From: Eledone cirrhosa
Taxonomy: Eukaryota
Assembly (NCBI GenBank): GCA_964016885.1
Contig: OZ024741.1
Coordinates: 188,232,001-188,296,000, forward strand
Length of the DNA: 64,000 nucleotides
Direction: 5' to 3'
The notes under the pieces were generated by a model. That model was not told the origin of the DNA and did no database searches. It saw only the letters and a program-made list of their open reading frames with translations. This document shows, piece by piece, positions 37,085 through 50,998 of the stretch (position 1 is its first letter; the number at the start of each line of letters is the position of its first letter). A program made the translations under genes and the position numbers.

Positions 37085-37976
37085 CCATTTTGATCATTTC
37101 TATTAAGAAAATGTTGTATTTCCTTATGCTTAGTTGCTTAGTTAAGAACAGTAGCATTCCTAAGTCCATGTGTGTATTAATGTTTCAAAGTCTTCACAAC
37201 TCCATCTTCCAAATCAGAACAATCATACTAGTGGTGTACAAGTCACATATTTGGCAATGGTCATAAAGTATCATGGGAGTAGTAGGATATCATGGACACC
37301 TGATTTAAAATTTAAAAAAAGATCAAGTGAGGCAGTTATTGATTTTATGTCTGATGTATCTGGATATACTGCAGAATGTACTTTATAACCAAAATTGTTC
37401 CATCGGTCAAACAAGCACTACACTTGCCCAGTGGTTAACCCTTGTTAGCAAGAAGAAAGGATACTAAATGATGATGATGATGAATTATGAAGCAGCAGTT
37501 TCATACATCAAAATAATTATCAGCACTACCGAATAAATATATATGTTTTTGTGAGTGTTCATTTTATTAATTTTGGCAATAAAAAATTTAATGTATTTAA
37601 TTTTTTGGAGTCAGGATTTGTATGCCATATATAGTCAGCAGACTGGGTTGGTACTCAAACCAGAGGTACTGACCCCCACCTGTGTTTGGCAGGTTTTCTA
37701 TGGATTGAGGCCCTTCCTATTACCAGTGTGTGTGCGTGTGCGCGTGCGTGCGTGTGTATGTAAAAGGAAAAAGAAATAACACAACAATCGGTACAGTATA
37801 TGGAAGGAATATATTAGGTTAATGCTTGAAATAGCAGGAAGAGGGTCTTAACGTTTCGGATAAAAAATGTTTTTAGAGAAAAATAACAGGTCCATTCATG
37901 TTGCCATCTCTTGGAAAACTGTTGCTGCTTGTGTTTTGTGTATGATATACTTTTTTAGAAAAGTGGATATATATAT

Positions 37977-38305
37977 GGAGGCACATGGCTTAGTAGTTAG
38001 AGCATTGCCCTTGCAATCGAAAGGTTTTGAGTTCAATTCTCAGACCGGGTGATGTGTTGTTTCCTTGAGCAAGACACTTTATTTCACATTGCTCAAGTTT
38101 ACTCAGCTGTAGAAATGAGATGATAGGGATTGGGGTCCATATCATTCCACTGTAAAGTGGTCGTGTAGATGCCACAGAAAAAAGCACCCAGCACTCACTG
38201 TAAATGAGGTTGGTGTTAGGAAGGGCATCCAGCTGTAGAAATCAAGCCAGAATCAGTTCCCGTCCCACCCTTGCAAGCAGGGAAAAAGCGGACATAAAAT
38301 GATTA

Positions 38306-38308
<3 letters not shown>
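37977..38308 (+). mobile_element. SINE family A
   Basis: Full-length match. Confidence 0.92.
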
Positions 38309-38338
<30 letters not shown>

Positions 38339-38540
38339 AACATACAGATACATAAACACATATGTACATTCACATATCTTAAAACAGTGTTCCCCCTCTC
38401 TTTTCCATACTGTTTCCTCCTCTTCTCTTTCCTCATTCGCTATCACATCATAAATGTGTGTGTATAAATTTTAAAGTATTACAAATGGAAATATATATAC
38501 ATACACAAACACATATGGCATATTATTATAATTGATATAT

Positions 38541-41510
38541 ATCATCATCATCATCACCGTTTTACGTCCGTTCTTCCACGCTAGCATGGGTTAGACGGGT
38601 TGTCCTGTTGTGGGCAGTGTCTGGTCGGCTGACCATGCCTTGCTCATACAGGAACTGATCTGGCTTGATTTCTACAGCTGGATGCCTTTCCTTACACCAA
38701 CCTCATTTACAGTGAGTGCTGGGTACTTTTTCGTGGCGCCTACACGTCCACTTTACAGTGTGGGCTGGGTGCTTTTTTGCCGTGGCACCTCCACGACCAC
38801 CTTGCGGTGGGGGGGGGGCATATTGTCTATATGCTTCAGCTTGTACCCATGGGAGGTCGGGTACTCTGTATTACTGCGTGATGCCAGAGGTCACGGTCGT
38901 GGTCCATCGCCTTTGAGAGGTGTAATTGGGTAAGGTCGGCTTTTATCACCTCATCCCAGGTCATCTTGGGTCTCCCCACTCCGCGGTTTCCATCAACTTC
39001 TAGTGCTCTGCACCTTTTTATGCAGCTGTCATCCTTCATATGCATCACATGTCCATACCAGCGCAACCGCCTCTCCTGCACACAGCATTTGATTCCTCTT
39101 ATGCTCAGTCTCTCTCTCAATTCATTTATGCTTTGTCGTTCACGTATATTACTGTTACACATCCATCAGAGCATGCAGGCTTCGTTTCTCTCTAATCTAT
39201 GTAAGTATTCAACCTTCAGCGCCCAGGTCTCACTACCATGCAACATCGCTGTTCGGATACACGCATCATACAGTCTGCCTTTCATTCTGAGGGAGAAGCC
39301 TTTTGCAGCTAGCAGTGGTAGTAGTTCCCTAAACTTCTTCCATCCCGTTCTTTCCCTAGTTATTGTACTTTCTGAACACCCACCTCCGCTGCTAATTCGG
39401 TCACCTAGGTAGCAGAAGCTGTCTACTGTTTCTACAGAGCCCTCCCAGAGATTGGTGGTACTTGTTTCCTGTGGCTGTTTGCTGCTTGCTGTCCTAGTAC
39501 AGCTGCTGCATGTGAAGCCTACATTCTTAATTAAGCTTCCTGAGATCCCACTACATCTCTTGTGTACCCATTGTTTGCATTTGGGGCAGAGAATGGAGTT
39601 CCTACCTACACCTTTCCTACATACTGAGCAAGGCCATTTCCCTGAGGGGATCTGGGTTTTGTTTTCTTGTCTACTTACAAGGACCTTAGTCTTTGTCATG
39701 TTAACTTTGAGACCCTTTCTTTCTAGTCTCTGCTTCCAAGTTTGGAATTTATTCTCTAGTTCTACCATAGATTCAGCTATAAGTGCGAGGTCATCAGCAT
39801 ACAGGAGTTCCCATGGGCATCCGGTCTTAAACTCCTCCGTTATTGCCTGCAGGACTATGATGAACAGGAGGGGGCTAAGAAAAGAGCCCTGGTGGACCCC
39901 AACCTGTACGCTAAATTCCTCGCTATACTCATTGCTAATCCTAACTTTGCTGACTGCTCCCCTATACATGGCTTGTACCGCTTTCACAAGCCATTCATCT
40001 ACTCCTAGTTTTCTAAGAGCCCACCAGATTACAGCACGTGGAACTCTGTCAAAGGCTTTCTCAAGGTCGACAAATGCCAAGTAGAGTGGCTTACTTTTAG
40101 CTAGGTACTTTTCCTGTAACTGCCTCACAAGGAAGAGGGCATCAGTGGTGCCTCTTCCTGGTACAAACCCAAATTGCATCTCGTCTATTTTCACCCGGTC
40201 CCTAATCAACTGTGCTATAACTCTTTCTGTTACTTTCATGACCTGGTCGATCAACTTTATACCTCAATAGTTTCCTCCATCTAGTGCATCGCCTTTACCT
40301 TTGTAGCAGTTGACAATGATGCTACTGCACCAATCTTTTGGTATGACACCTTCTAGTATTACCTGGTTAACAATACGTGTGGTTATAGTGTGACCTACAG
40401 ACCCAGATGCCTTCAGCATCTCGGCAGCTATACCCGATGGACCGGCTGCCTTCCCCATCTTCATATCTTTGATTGCCTTACTTACTACGCTGCTGCTGAC
40501 TTGTACTGCTGGCCCCTCTATAGGGTCTACTTGGGGTAGGGTCTCTTCTTCCCATGCATTCTCCTCATTTAGTAATCTATCATAATGACTCTTCCATGCA
40601 TCTTTCTTCTCAGCACTTGTGAGGGCAAGCTCACCTTTATCATTCCGGATACACTTCTCTCCAATGACATCACAACTATCTCTGACACACTGCCTCGCAA
40701 TCTTGAATACCTCCTGTTTCTGGTCCTCACGTTGCAAAACAGTATACTTGTCGCCTAGTTTCCCTCTTGGTCTCTATGTAATGTACCCTGCTCCCCCCGT
40801 TCTTCCATTCTTTCCATGCCTGTCTCTTGGCCTTAACTGCTTCATCTACCTTATTGTTCCACCACCAAGTCACTCTCCTCCTGCTTGAGGTCTTACTCCA
40901 TCCACAGACCTCGTCCGTCGCCTCTAGTAAATTATTTTTTAGGAACTCCCAGTTCTCTTCTACATTAGATGTCTGTACCTGTTCTTCTTTACTGTCGTAG
41001 GCGTTGAGTAAAATATCTTTAAATCTGTTACTGGTTGAGGGGACTTTCAGCTTCCAGATCTTTCTTCTCCAGGTTGGCCTCTGTTTCCGGGTTCGTCTAG
41101 TTCTGACCGTGAGGTCGCTGACAACTAAGCTATGTTGGGATGTACATTCCTCACTAGGGAAGGCTTTTGTGTTTACGACCGTCCATCTGTCACGTCCTCT
41201 GATGAGGATAAAATCTATCTGACTAGAATGCTCCCCTGATCTATAGGTGATCAGGTGGTTGTCGGGTTTTTTAAAGTTTGTGTTCGCAGAATTCTAGAAG
41301 TTTGAATCCTTCCTCATTCCTTGTGCCAACCCCATGGCCTCCATGTACTCTATTGAAGCCGTCACAGTGTTTACCTACGTGTCCGTTAAAATCTCCTGCG
41401 ATGATTAGGAAGTCATTGTCGTCTGTTAGAGCAGTAGTGTGCATTAGGGACTCGTAAAACCTATCCTTAAGTTCGTCTGGCAGCCCCGATTGGGGTGCGT
41501 AAGCTGATAT
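38541..41510 (-). mobile_element. RTE LINE, second subfamily (partial APE + RT + PHD-like finger, few stops)
   Basis: ISAYAPQSG...IAGDFNGH; ORFs 40264-40737, 39166-40254 (YADD) and 38836-39162; (GAT)n tail. Confidence 0.95.
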
Positions 41511-41641
41511 GTATGTATATATATATATACATATTTAAATATATTATATTGATATAAAAGAATTGAGATTTTGAAGGGGGTTTTAGTAAAATATTTGTAA
41601 TATAACATGATTATTTTATATTCATTTTCTATGCTGGCATA

Positions 41642-42516
41642 CAGGGTGCGGACGATATTTGTTCGCAATTTTCAACTGCTAATTTTATGCAAAATTTTTT
41701 TACTTCCATTGTCACTCTTGTCTTCATAAAAACAGTGACTATATTTCCATTATTTATTTTCAGAATAATTGAATATGAATAATTTTGAACCTCCAAATTT
41801 GTGGAAGAGACACGGAGTTGTTCTTGGAATCCGCGCCGGGAGGACAAATAAGACCAGAAGATCAACTCCCAGAACAACAGGTGGCTCGCTGTCTCATCCA
41901 AAGACGTGCCCAAAGTCATGCAGACAAAGTTTCCAGCGACAACATTGGTCTTAGGTGTCATCAGCAGTCAAGGTGACGTCATGCCACCTCACTTCCCTGA
42001 ACATCGATGGCTACATCCTCATTCTGAGAGAGGTAGTAAAGACCTGGATCGACCAGATAGCTGCAGGTAGGCCGTACATGTGGCAGCAAGACTCAGCGCC
42101 CTGCCATACCAGCCGAAAGACCCAAGCCTGGCTGTTAGAGAACTTCGTCGACCAAACTTCACCTGACATCTGGCCTCCCAGCTCGCCTGACTGCAACCCC
42201 CTCGACTTCTTTGTGTGGGGCGCAGTGGAACGAGACACCAACAGATCTAGCTGCAATACGAAAGACGATCTGAAGACCAGGATCACAAGTGCCTTTAGGG
42301 GCTTACGTCGGGGGATAGTGATGAAGGCCTGTAGCCGGTTCCGAGGCCGCCTTGAGGCCGTCATCAAAGCCAATGGCGGGTTTATCGAGTGAGATCGAAA
42401 GAACAAGTCATGAAGACAAACTGACCCAAGTTTGATAAATAAATCTTAAAAAATAAATCTACTGTGTTATTTTTTCCTAGACAGTAATCTTGCGAACAAA
42501 TATCGTCCGCACCCTG
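41642..42516 (+). mobile_element. Internally deleted Tc1/mariner transposon, DD37D (maT) type
   Basis: Perfect 27-bp TIRs CAGGGTGCGGACGATATTTGTTCGCAA with TA TSDs. WQQDSAPCH...WPPSSPDCNPLD has 37 residues between the two aspartates. Confidence 0.93.
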
Positions 42517-42953
42517 TACATAAATTTTGATGATGCATACAGACATGCACATATCCATCATCATACATACAAACAGACAGACAGACAGACACACACATAC
42601 ATACATACATATGCATACTTTACATTCGTCATTCACAACTAAGTACGTCTTGATAATATCTACCTTGCAATCACTACATGTTTTAGGGGCCAGTGTAGTT
42701 GTGAGCAGAGACATACACCCTCTCATCCCTCCTAGCCTTGACCAATGATGAGACAGCTGAAGAGAGAGAGAGGACTGAACCAATGATAGACTGGTGCTGT
42801 CTTTATTGACCTTGATTGGATGGAAAGCAAAGATGGCTTTGAACTATACTGGTGTAAAACAACTGAAACCACATAATCATTCATGTTATAACAAGATTTT
42901 GATTGAGATTGTATTTTGAATATGAACACTTGTAACAAGGTGGTCTCTGGTGA

Positions 42954-43262
42954 AGGAGCATGGCTTAGTGGTTAGAGCATTAGGCTTGAATTTGATTCTC
43001 AGACTGGGTGATGCATTGAGCAAGACACTTTATTTCACGTTGCTCCAGTTTACTCAGCTGTAGAATTGAGTTGCAACGTCACTGGTGCCAAGCAGTATTG
43101 GCCATTGCCTTTCCCTTGGACAACATTGGTTGCATGGAGAGGGTAAACCGGTATGCATGGGTGACTGCTGGTCTTCCACAAACAACCATGCCTGGACTTA
43201 TGCCTCGGTGGGAAAGTTTCTAGGGGCAAATCTCATGGTTATTTGTGACTGAAGGGGGTCTT
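42954..43262 (+). mobile_element. SINE with a family-A-like head and core but a different 3' body
   Basis: GGAGCATGGCTTAGTGGTTAGAGC...GAGCAAGACACTTTATTTCAC, then unrelated sequence. Confidence 0.65.
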
Positions 43263-43894
43263 GACACTAGTCTCAGGTTGTTTGGTATCAAAAGGGTTTT
43301 GCTGTAATGGACAATAATAACTAGGCAGGTTACTATATCTCTATACGAAAACACAAGTCATCTATATGCAACTGAAGATGAAAGCCTCTACATGGGATTG
43401 GTACCCAGTCTATAGGAAATATCAGTTGTATATCACAGCCTAATGTATTGAAATAGGAAAGGACACATTGAATAATGCAATTCTTGACATGGATTTAAGA
43501 ACAACGGGCTAGTAACAATTGGAGTGCCTTTGATAAAAAGACTGAATCAAACACAAGTTTATACAAGACATGTGGTAACATTAAAACCACTATTTTAATA
43601 CAATTGTTAGATGTAATCAAGATTATTTTTTTCATTCTCAGCAAGAATTTTGGAACAAAGACAAGATCTGCTAGCACTACAACTAACATCTATACTTACT
43701 GCACCTGCATCTGATGTGGCTGCACCCAAATAATGTATGTTTTAATAATTAAACAATGCTTATACTTAATCTGAACTGAATATGATCTCAGATGAATAAA
43801 AAAAATCAGACAAATACAAATTGAATATAAGCATTTGTAGCCTCACTAATGTTTGTTTGTGAGTCTGGTGCTGGCATTGATATAAGTAAACTAG

Positions 43895-43951
<57 letters not shown>

Positions 43952-44160
43952 AACACATGTACATATATACACATACATATCTATGTATGTGTGTATATAT
44001 ATATATACATACACACACATACGTGTGCGCGTGTGTGTGTGTGTGTATATACATACACACACATACATATCTGTGTGTGTGTGTATGTATCTATGCATGC
44101 ATGTAACACAAGGGTAAATATTCAGGATGGTTTAATTTTCCATCTTAACCTTTTCTGCAT

Positions 44161-44194
<34 letters not shown>

Positions 44195-44771
44195 TTATAA
44201 GCTCTTCTGGTGAGAAAGTGATAATGGAGTAGTTGGAGTTGGTATTTTACTAGCTGAGGAGTGGATAGATAATGTAATTGAGATAGAGTGAATGGCAGAA
44301 TTATCAAGCTCAGAATAGTCATTGGTGATAAAATGACAACAGTTATCTTCATTCAGCTATAAGAACCAAGACATCTGCATCCAGAAGTTTCTATGGAGAG
44401 CCTTACTTAAACTTCTCTTATGGCTGGGAGAACTATAATAGCTAGGATGAGATTAAGGACTAAAACTCTGATGAACACCAACTTGCACATTGAATTCCGT
44501 GCATGTTGGTGTTCATCAAAGTCTTAGCCCTCAACTTCATCCTAGTTATTCAGTTCATAAGAGACCTTTAAAAAGAGGGCACCACAGCTCAGCTTTCCAG
44601 AGTTTCTGCTTCAAAGCTTCATGCAGTTTGTCCAACAGAGATATGTAGTATTCTGCATTGATGGTGTTACCCTTTGGCAGCTGTTTTATGAGGAGTACTC
44701 CATCTTTACCAATGATAAAGCTAGGAACTTCTCAGCACCCCCTCGTGTGTGTGTGTGTGTGTATATAGTGA

Positions 44772-45110
44772 CGGCGCATGGCTGAGTGGTTAGAGAATTG
44801 GATTCACAACTGTGAGGTTGTGAGTTCGATTCTTGGACCACGCGATGCATTATGTCCTTGAGCAAGACACTTTATTTCATGTTGCTCCTTCTACCTGTAG
44901 TTGCGACCGATAGATGCTATTAGCAATTGGAATGACTATCGGAAACATTGTTTCCTTGGTCCGATTTGATGAAAGTCAATCGACTGTCTATATATATATT
45001 TCACGTTGCTCCTTCTACCTGGAGTTGCGACCGATAGATAGTATTAGCAACTGGAAAGACCGATGAAAACATTGTTTCCTCGGTCCGATTTGACGAAAGT
45101 TGATCAATCC
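44772..45110 (+). mobile_element. SINE head and core followed by a duplicated 3' module of about 124 bp
   Basis: tRNA-like head at 44772; the module repeats at about 44875 and 44999. Confidence 0.6.
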
Positions 45111-45111
45111 T

Positions 45112-45164
<53 letters not shown>

Positions 45165-45345
45165 TATATATATATATACACAACCATTTATATATATTAT
45201 ATTTACACACACACAGAGGATGGCCCAAAAATCACAAAACAATTTTAAAATATAATTTATTGTTGAAAAAAGAATAAATGTGAATATCTAATAAATAAAA
45301 GGGTTATTATATTTTGAATGCTCTGGTGACTATTCAGCAACCCTG

Positions 45346-45377
<32 letters not shown>

Positions 45378-45837
45378 ATATAAATATATATATAGCAGAT
45401 GTGCACTGTGTAAAACATTAAACTGTACATTAAACTACGCAGCTCCAATGAGTAAGAAGAGGGGGAGAGTAGGGTCAATGTAGACTGTGTAGACAGTGAA
45501 GCTAGATTGCAGCACCTTGGTAAGCTGCACATTGTTGCATGAGGATCTACAACACACTGCAAGGACTTGCACACCCACCACCACAAAAATAATATGTAGG
45601 CATAGTTACATAAGATATTACCAACAAGAAACTGTCTCTCTGTCTCTCACTTTTTCAATCACACATATCAGTCCCTCTACCACATAAATACACACACTCG
45701 CACACATTCATACACATGGCACTCTTTCTCTCTCTCATACATGCACTCTCTTCCTCTCACCCCTCACCCTCTATAGCTCTCTCTTCGTATTTCACACATG
45801 CTCCCTCTTTCTCTCAGACATTCCCTTAGTATTTCTT

Positions 45838-45872
<35 letters not shown>

Positions 45873-46988
45873 TACACTACCTTATCTGTCACACACACCC
45901 TCTCCCTCTCAAAATAGAAGAAAGCTGCCATTTAGAATCTACTCAGTATTCTTGGAAAGACAAAAGAGAAATAGACTAAAATACATTCCAAGATAAGATT
46001 TGTTGTTGTTAGCACCAAGCTGGCCCTAATCAAGTAGACATATGAACAAAGATATTATTGCCATGGCCATCCCATCACCATATTACACCACAAGAATACA
46101 TTATACAATGGATCCTTTCTTTAAAATGGTAGAGTACAATTTGAGAAAGATTTGTTGCTATTTCTAGCAACTCTAAAGGCCACATAGAGCCTCATTCATT
46201 GATTTCAAGTAACTATAAAAAGAAAATTTAATTTCTTTTATATAAAGAAAATTATTTATTTTAAATATAACTTTAAACGATATTTATTGAATAAGATTTT
46301 TTAAAAATATGTTTTGAAATATGAATAAATAGGAAAAGAGCTAATTATCAAAGCAGACCAGAACTACTGTTTCCATTGGTCTTTCCATTGCCAACACTAT
46401 CTGCCAATTGCGACTCTTGGCAGAAGTGTCACTGGATTTCCCATGACATGAGGCAGGATTTGAATACAGAACACATCTTGAATAAATATAAAAAATCATC
46501 CTGTCCAATTCTAACAATTCCCCCAATCCACCACCCATGTACTGGTACCAGTGCTGGATTTAGGAAAAATGGGGCCCTCTGCTAGTTAAGTTATGAGGCC
46601 CTTTTGAACGTTTGACATTTGAAAAATTCATTGTAAAAAAAATTGGGCACCGCTAAGCATAATGGTAAATCCGACACTGTCTGGTACTTTATTTATTGGC
46701 TCTGAAAGCATCAAAGACAAAGGTTGACCTTGTCGAGATATGAAATCAGAGCAGACAGAGCTGGAACCATTCCAGAGAGGTTTAATCTGATGTGCTATCA
46801 AATCTGCCAATTCACTACCTTTTTTTTTTCATTTTACATTTTGAAATAAAGTAAACATATTTTTAAAAATCTCTTTTATTAATTTACTACACATATTTTA
46901 ACCATCTTCTTTATAAGCTATTAATAAAAAAGAAAAATAGTTACCAGTTAAAAAATACTGCAAGGCCAAAATAATAAAATTAATATAA

Positions 46989-47341
46989 GCACATGGCTTA
47001 GTGGTTAGAGCATTGGCCTTGCAATCGAAAGGTTGTGAGTTCAATTCTCAGACCGGGTGATGTGTTGTTTCCTTGAGCAAGACACTTTATTTCACATTGC
47101 TCCAGTTTACTCAGCTGTAGAAATGAGATGATAGGGACTGGAGTCCCTATCATTCCACTGCAAAGTGGTCGTGGAGGTGCCACGGCAAAAAAGCACCCAG
47201 CACTCACTGTAAATGAGGTTGGTGTTAGGAAGGGCATCCAGCTGTAGAAATCAAGCCAGAATCAGTTCCCGTCCCACCCTTGCAAGCAGGGAAAAAGCGG
47301 ACGTAAAATGAAATGATGATGATGATGATGATGATGATGAT
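46989..47341 (+). mobile_element. SINE family A
   Basis: Near full-length match. Confidence 0.92.
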
Positions 47342-48727
47342 AAGCAAGTTATTATTATCATGGTAATATCAACATATACATAGAGTTGTGTGCCGTCATC
47401 ATCATTTTCCATGTTTTCCATAGGTTGAATGGACTATGGTCACTATTGTCCAACACTAAACTAGTCAGAGAATCATATCTTGCACAGGTATTCCAATTTT
47501 CATAGTTTCTTCAGTTGCATGCTCTTCCTAACATCAACCACTTTACAGAGTTTACTGGGTGCATTTTATCAGGGCACCAGCACTACCACTTCACTGGCTA
47601 AACTGGGTGCATTTTATTATCATCAGGGTTGGTTTGTTTTCCATGCTGGCATGGGTTGGACAAATTTTCTTTTAGGCAGTATTCTACACCCTGATGTCAT
47701 TGGTATTAGCACACAAGGTGGCCTGACCTCACCCCTTCCACAACCACTCACTAACATCTATTCTCAAAACCACTACCTCCTCTCACCGCACACAACCTGT
47801 GCTCCCTACCCACACATGTTCCGAGCTGCTGCCCCCTTGTGAAGAGGTTGGTGATGGGAAGGGCATCCAGCTATGGAGGGTTTGCCAAACAAAAGGTTGG
47901 AAGGACCCTTCAGTCACATCAAGGTGAGACAACCTCTCTAGTGTTTGGTGATCTACACAATAAACGCACTCAGTACATGCTGCAAAGTGGTTGGTGATAG
48001 GATGGGCACCCAGCCATAAAATGCTTGCCAAACAAAGGGTTGGGGAGACCCTCAGAAGTGTCAATGACATGACAACCTCCCTTGTGGACTTGGTAGAATG
48101 CGAGACCATACATAGGCAAGACAACAGATCCTTGGCTTGTCTTGGAGATCAGTAGCCACTGTTTCAGTGCTGACTTGGTCTATGTAGACCTGTCCAACCT
48201 TTGCTAGCAGCAAAAGTGGACATTAAATGATGACAGTAGAGGCAACAACAACAACAATGACGATATATATATATATTGCTGATCTCTGTTGCACTGCAAG
48301 TTTGTAGGACATATTTTTGATGGAGGACATGAACAAATAGCACCACTTGTTTTATTGGTGTCAATGTGAAGATGCACGAGGAGACAGAGGCACATACAAT
48401 GATCGGCTTCTACAGTTTCACCCTAAGGCCCTTGCCATTCTGATTTCAAATCTCGCCGAGGTTAACTTTCATCCTTATGGTGTTGATAAAATAAAGTACC
48501 AGTAATGCACTGGATAATTGCTGGCCTTGTGCCAAAAGTAGAAACAATTATTATTATTCAATGTGAGGCTCTAGTAGAAAACACTTACTCAACAAGATGA
48601 TATGCAGTAGGATCAAACCCCAAACCATATAGTAGCTGCAAAGCAACCTTCTTAATTGCACAGCCATAGCTAAATGTATATGTATGAATGTATATACATA
48701 CACTCACATATATATATATATATATAC

Positions 48728-49215
48728 AGCTTGAGATCGGTGTGGAAGTCGGAACTTCGTAAAGACCTGAAAATCTGCCTCTTCATTGTTGTAGTGGAGT
48801 CTGTGCTGCTGTATGGGTCTGAGACTTGGACACTGACCAAGAAACTCTCTCATATGGTGGATGGGTGCTACACGAGAATGCTGAGGATGGCTCTGAACAT
48901 TAATCAGTATACACTGAGGATGAAAAACTCAGAGCTGTTTGGGAGCCTCCCAAAAGTCAGCTCAAAAGTGACACAGAGGAGATTGAGGTTAGCTGGACAT
49001 GCTCACTGACATCCAGAGTTGACATTGCACTCAGTGCTCCTGTGGGAGCCCCTACATGGACACACTGGAAGAGGAAGACCAAGGTTAACATATGTTGGTG
49101 CCCTAAGGACAGACACTGGTCTGTTGGAGACGCAGGACATGGCAATGATAATGAGGGACAGGGACCGCTGGAGAGAACTCGTCCATGGATCTTGAGAATT
49201 TTACCCGCCCTGGAA
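48728..49215 (+). mobile_element. LINE 3' fragment (RTE-like)
   Basis: VESVLLYGSETWTLT...DGCYTRMLRMALNI...RRLRLAGH. Confidence 0.8.
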
Positions 49216-49229
49216 AATATATATATATA

Positions 49230-49437
49230 TAGTAATAATAATAAATTTGAAGAGTAAAATCCAAAGAGGCCTCGATAAGGATAAATATATATCAAATATA
49301 TAAGAACCGATTATTATTAAAATAACAGATTAAAGTTTAAGCAAAGAATCGCTGCTTTCACCCTTTTAGTTTCAGAAGATCCCGTTAAGGGTGAAAGCAG
49401 CGATTCTTTGCTTAAACTTTAATCTGTTATTTTAATA
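49230..49437. repeat. Fold-back element, same family as 20221 in opposite orientation
   Basis: Palindrome 49315-49437; shares CAGATTAAAGTTTAAGCAAA and GGGTGAAAGCAG with 20221. Confidence 0.82.
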
Positions 49438-49584
49438 AATATATATATATATATATATATATCTATATACATCATCATCATCATTTAACGTCCATCTTCC
49501 ACACTAGCATGGGTTGGATGGGTTTGTCCCACTTGAGGCAAGATTGGTCGGGTGACCGTGTCTTGCTCGTACAGAACTGTAATA

Positions 49585-49620
<36 letters not shown>

Positions 49621-50044
49621 TATGTAATATATAGGTATTTGTTTATATATATTTGTGTCTGGAAGTGTATATGTATTTATGTGTAAGTGTGTGTATCTAT
49701 GTATGTATGTATGTATGTATGTATGTATGTATGTATGTATGTGTGTGACAGTGTATATATATATATATAAGAATGCAACAATCTCAACAAATGCTAAGAC
49801 ATTGTGTTAGAGGTAGGGTGGGAAAAGATGTTAGATGTTAATGTATTTTCACAGTTTGGGATATAATGGTAATGGATTATCACTCCAAGACAAATCACAA
49901 AGTGACTCATGGAACCATGCTAAGGAAATCTACCTCATATATAGATGTACAAGTGACTCTATTTTGGTGTGTTTGTGTGTGTGCATGTATATGTACATGC
50001 ATGTATATATACATATGATGATGATATATATATATATATATATA

Positions 50045-50474
50045 TCATCATCATCACCGTTTTACGTCCGTTCTTCCACGCTACCATGGGTGAGACGGGT
50101 TGTCCTGTTGTGGGCAGTGTCTGGTCGGCTGACCATGCCTTGCTCATACAGGAACTGATCTGGCTTGATTTCTACAGCTGGATGCCCTTCCTAACACCAA
50201 CCTCATTTACAGTGAGTGCTGGGTGCTTTTTCGCGGCGCCTACACGTCCACTTTACAGTGTGGGCTGGGTGCTTTTTTGCCGTGGCACCTCCACGACCAC
50301 CTTGCAGTGGGGTGTGTGAGCGCATATTGTCTATATGCTTCAGCTTGTACCCATGGGAGGTTGGGTACTCTGTATTACTGCGTGACGCCAGAAGTCACGG
50401 TCGTTTGTCATCATCTTTGAGAGGTGTAATTGGGTAAGGTCGGCTTTTATCACCTCATCCCAGGTCATCTTGGG
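50045..50474 (-). mobile_element. RTE LINE 3' fragment (subfamily of 38541)
   Basis: Near-identical to 38541-38970. Confidence 0.9.
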
Positions 50475-50619
50475 TATATATATATATATATATTGGGTAT
50501 ATATATATATATTCATTAGTTAAGCAAAACAAGACCACAAATTTCACAAGGAAGACATTATTAAAAGATTGTCAACATATTTTAGTTTGATGTAAGGAAT
50601 GTAGAGAATAATAATAATA

Positions 50620-50752
50620 ATTGTTTCTACTTTAGGCACAAGGCCAGCAATTACCCAGTGCATTACTGGTACTTTATTTTTATCGACCCCGTAAGGATGA
50701 AAGGTAAAGTCAACCTCGGCGGGATTTGAACTCAGATCGTAAAGGGACGTAA
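50620..50752 (-). mobile_element. Truncated SINE family B inserted in the left pseudo-LTR
   Basis: Matches 33980-34111 and is absent from the right arm. Confidence 0.85.
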
Positions 50753-50772
50753 TGTTAATAATAATAATGTCC

Positions 50773-50892
50773 GTTTACAATTGTTTCGCTACTCCATATA
50801 ATATTTCTGGATCAGATGACTATATATCATAATTGATCTGGTTCTGTTGAAAATAATTAACATATTTAAAGAACAGAGCGGCTCATCAGAAC
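50773..50892 (-). ncRNA. Hammerhead ribozyme in the PLE left pseudo-LTR (intact core)
   Basis: GTT-CTGATGA-GCCGCTC...GAGTAGC-GAAA-CAATTG-TA^-AAC. Confidence 0.75.
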
Positions 50893-50998
50893 TTCAAAGG
50901 AATATAAATTAAAATAATGAGAGAATGTTACATAATATAATGTTCCATATATTGTTTTTTCACTATGGTGTCTTGGTTGCATCATTAACATCATACTT

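Noticed and set aside
37775-37880. Possible hammerhead (GAAACGTTAAGAC, minus strand)
   Set aside because: The CUGANGA half is absent (reads CTAAAAA); treated as a dead copy.
45214-45346. Possible Tc1/mariner MITE ends
   Set aside because: Terminal similarity is too degenerate to support a call.
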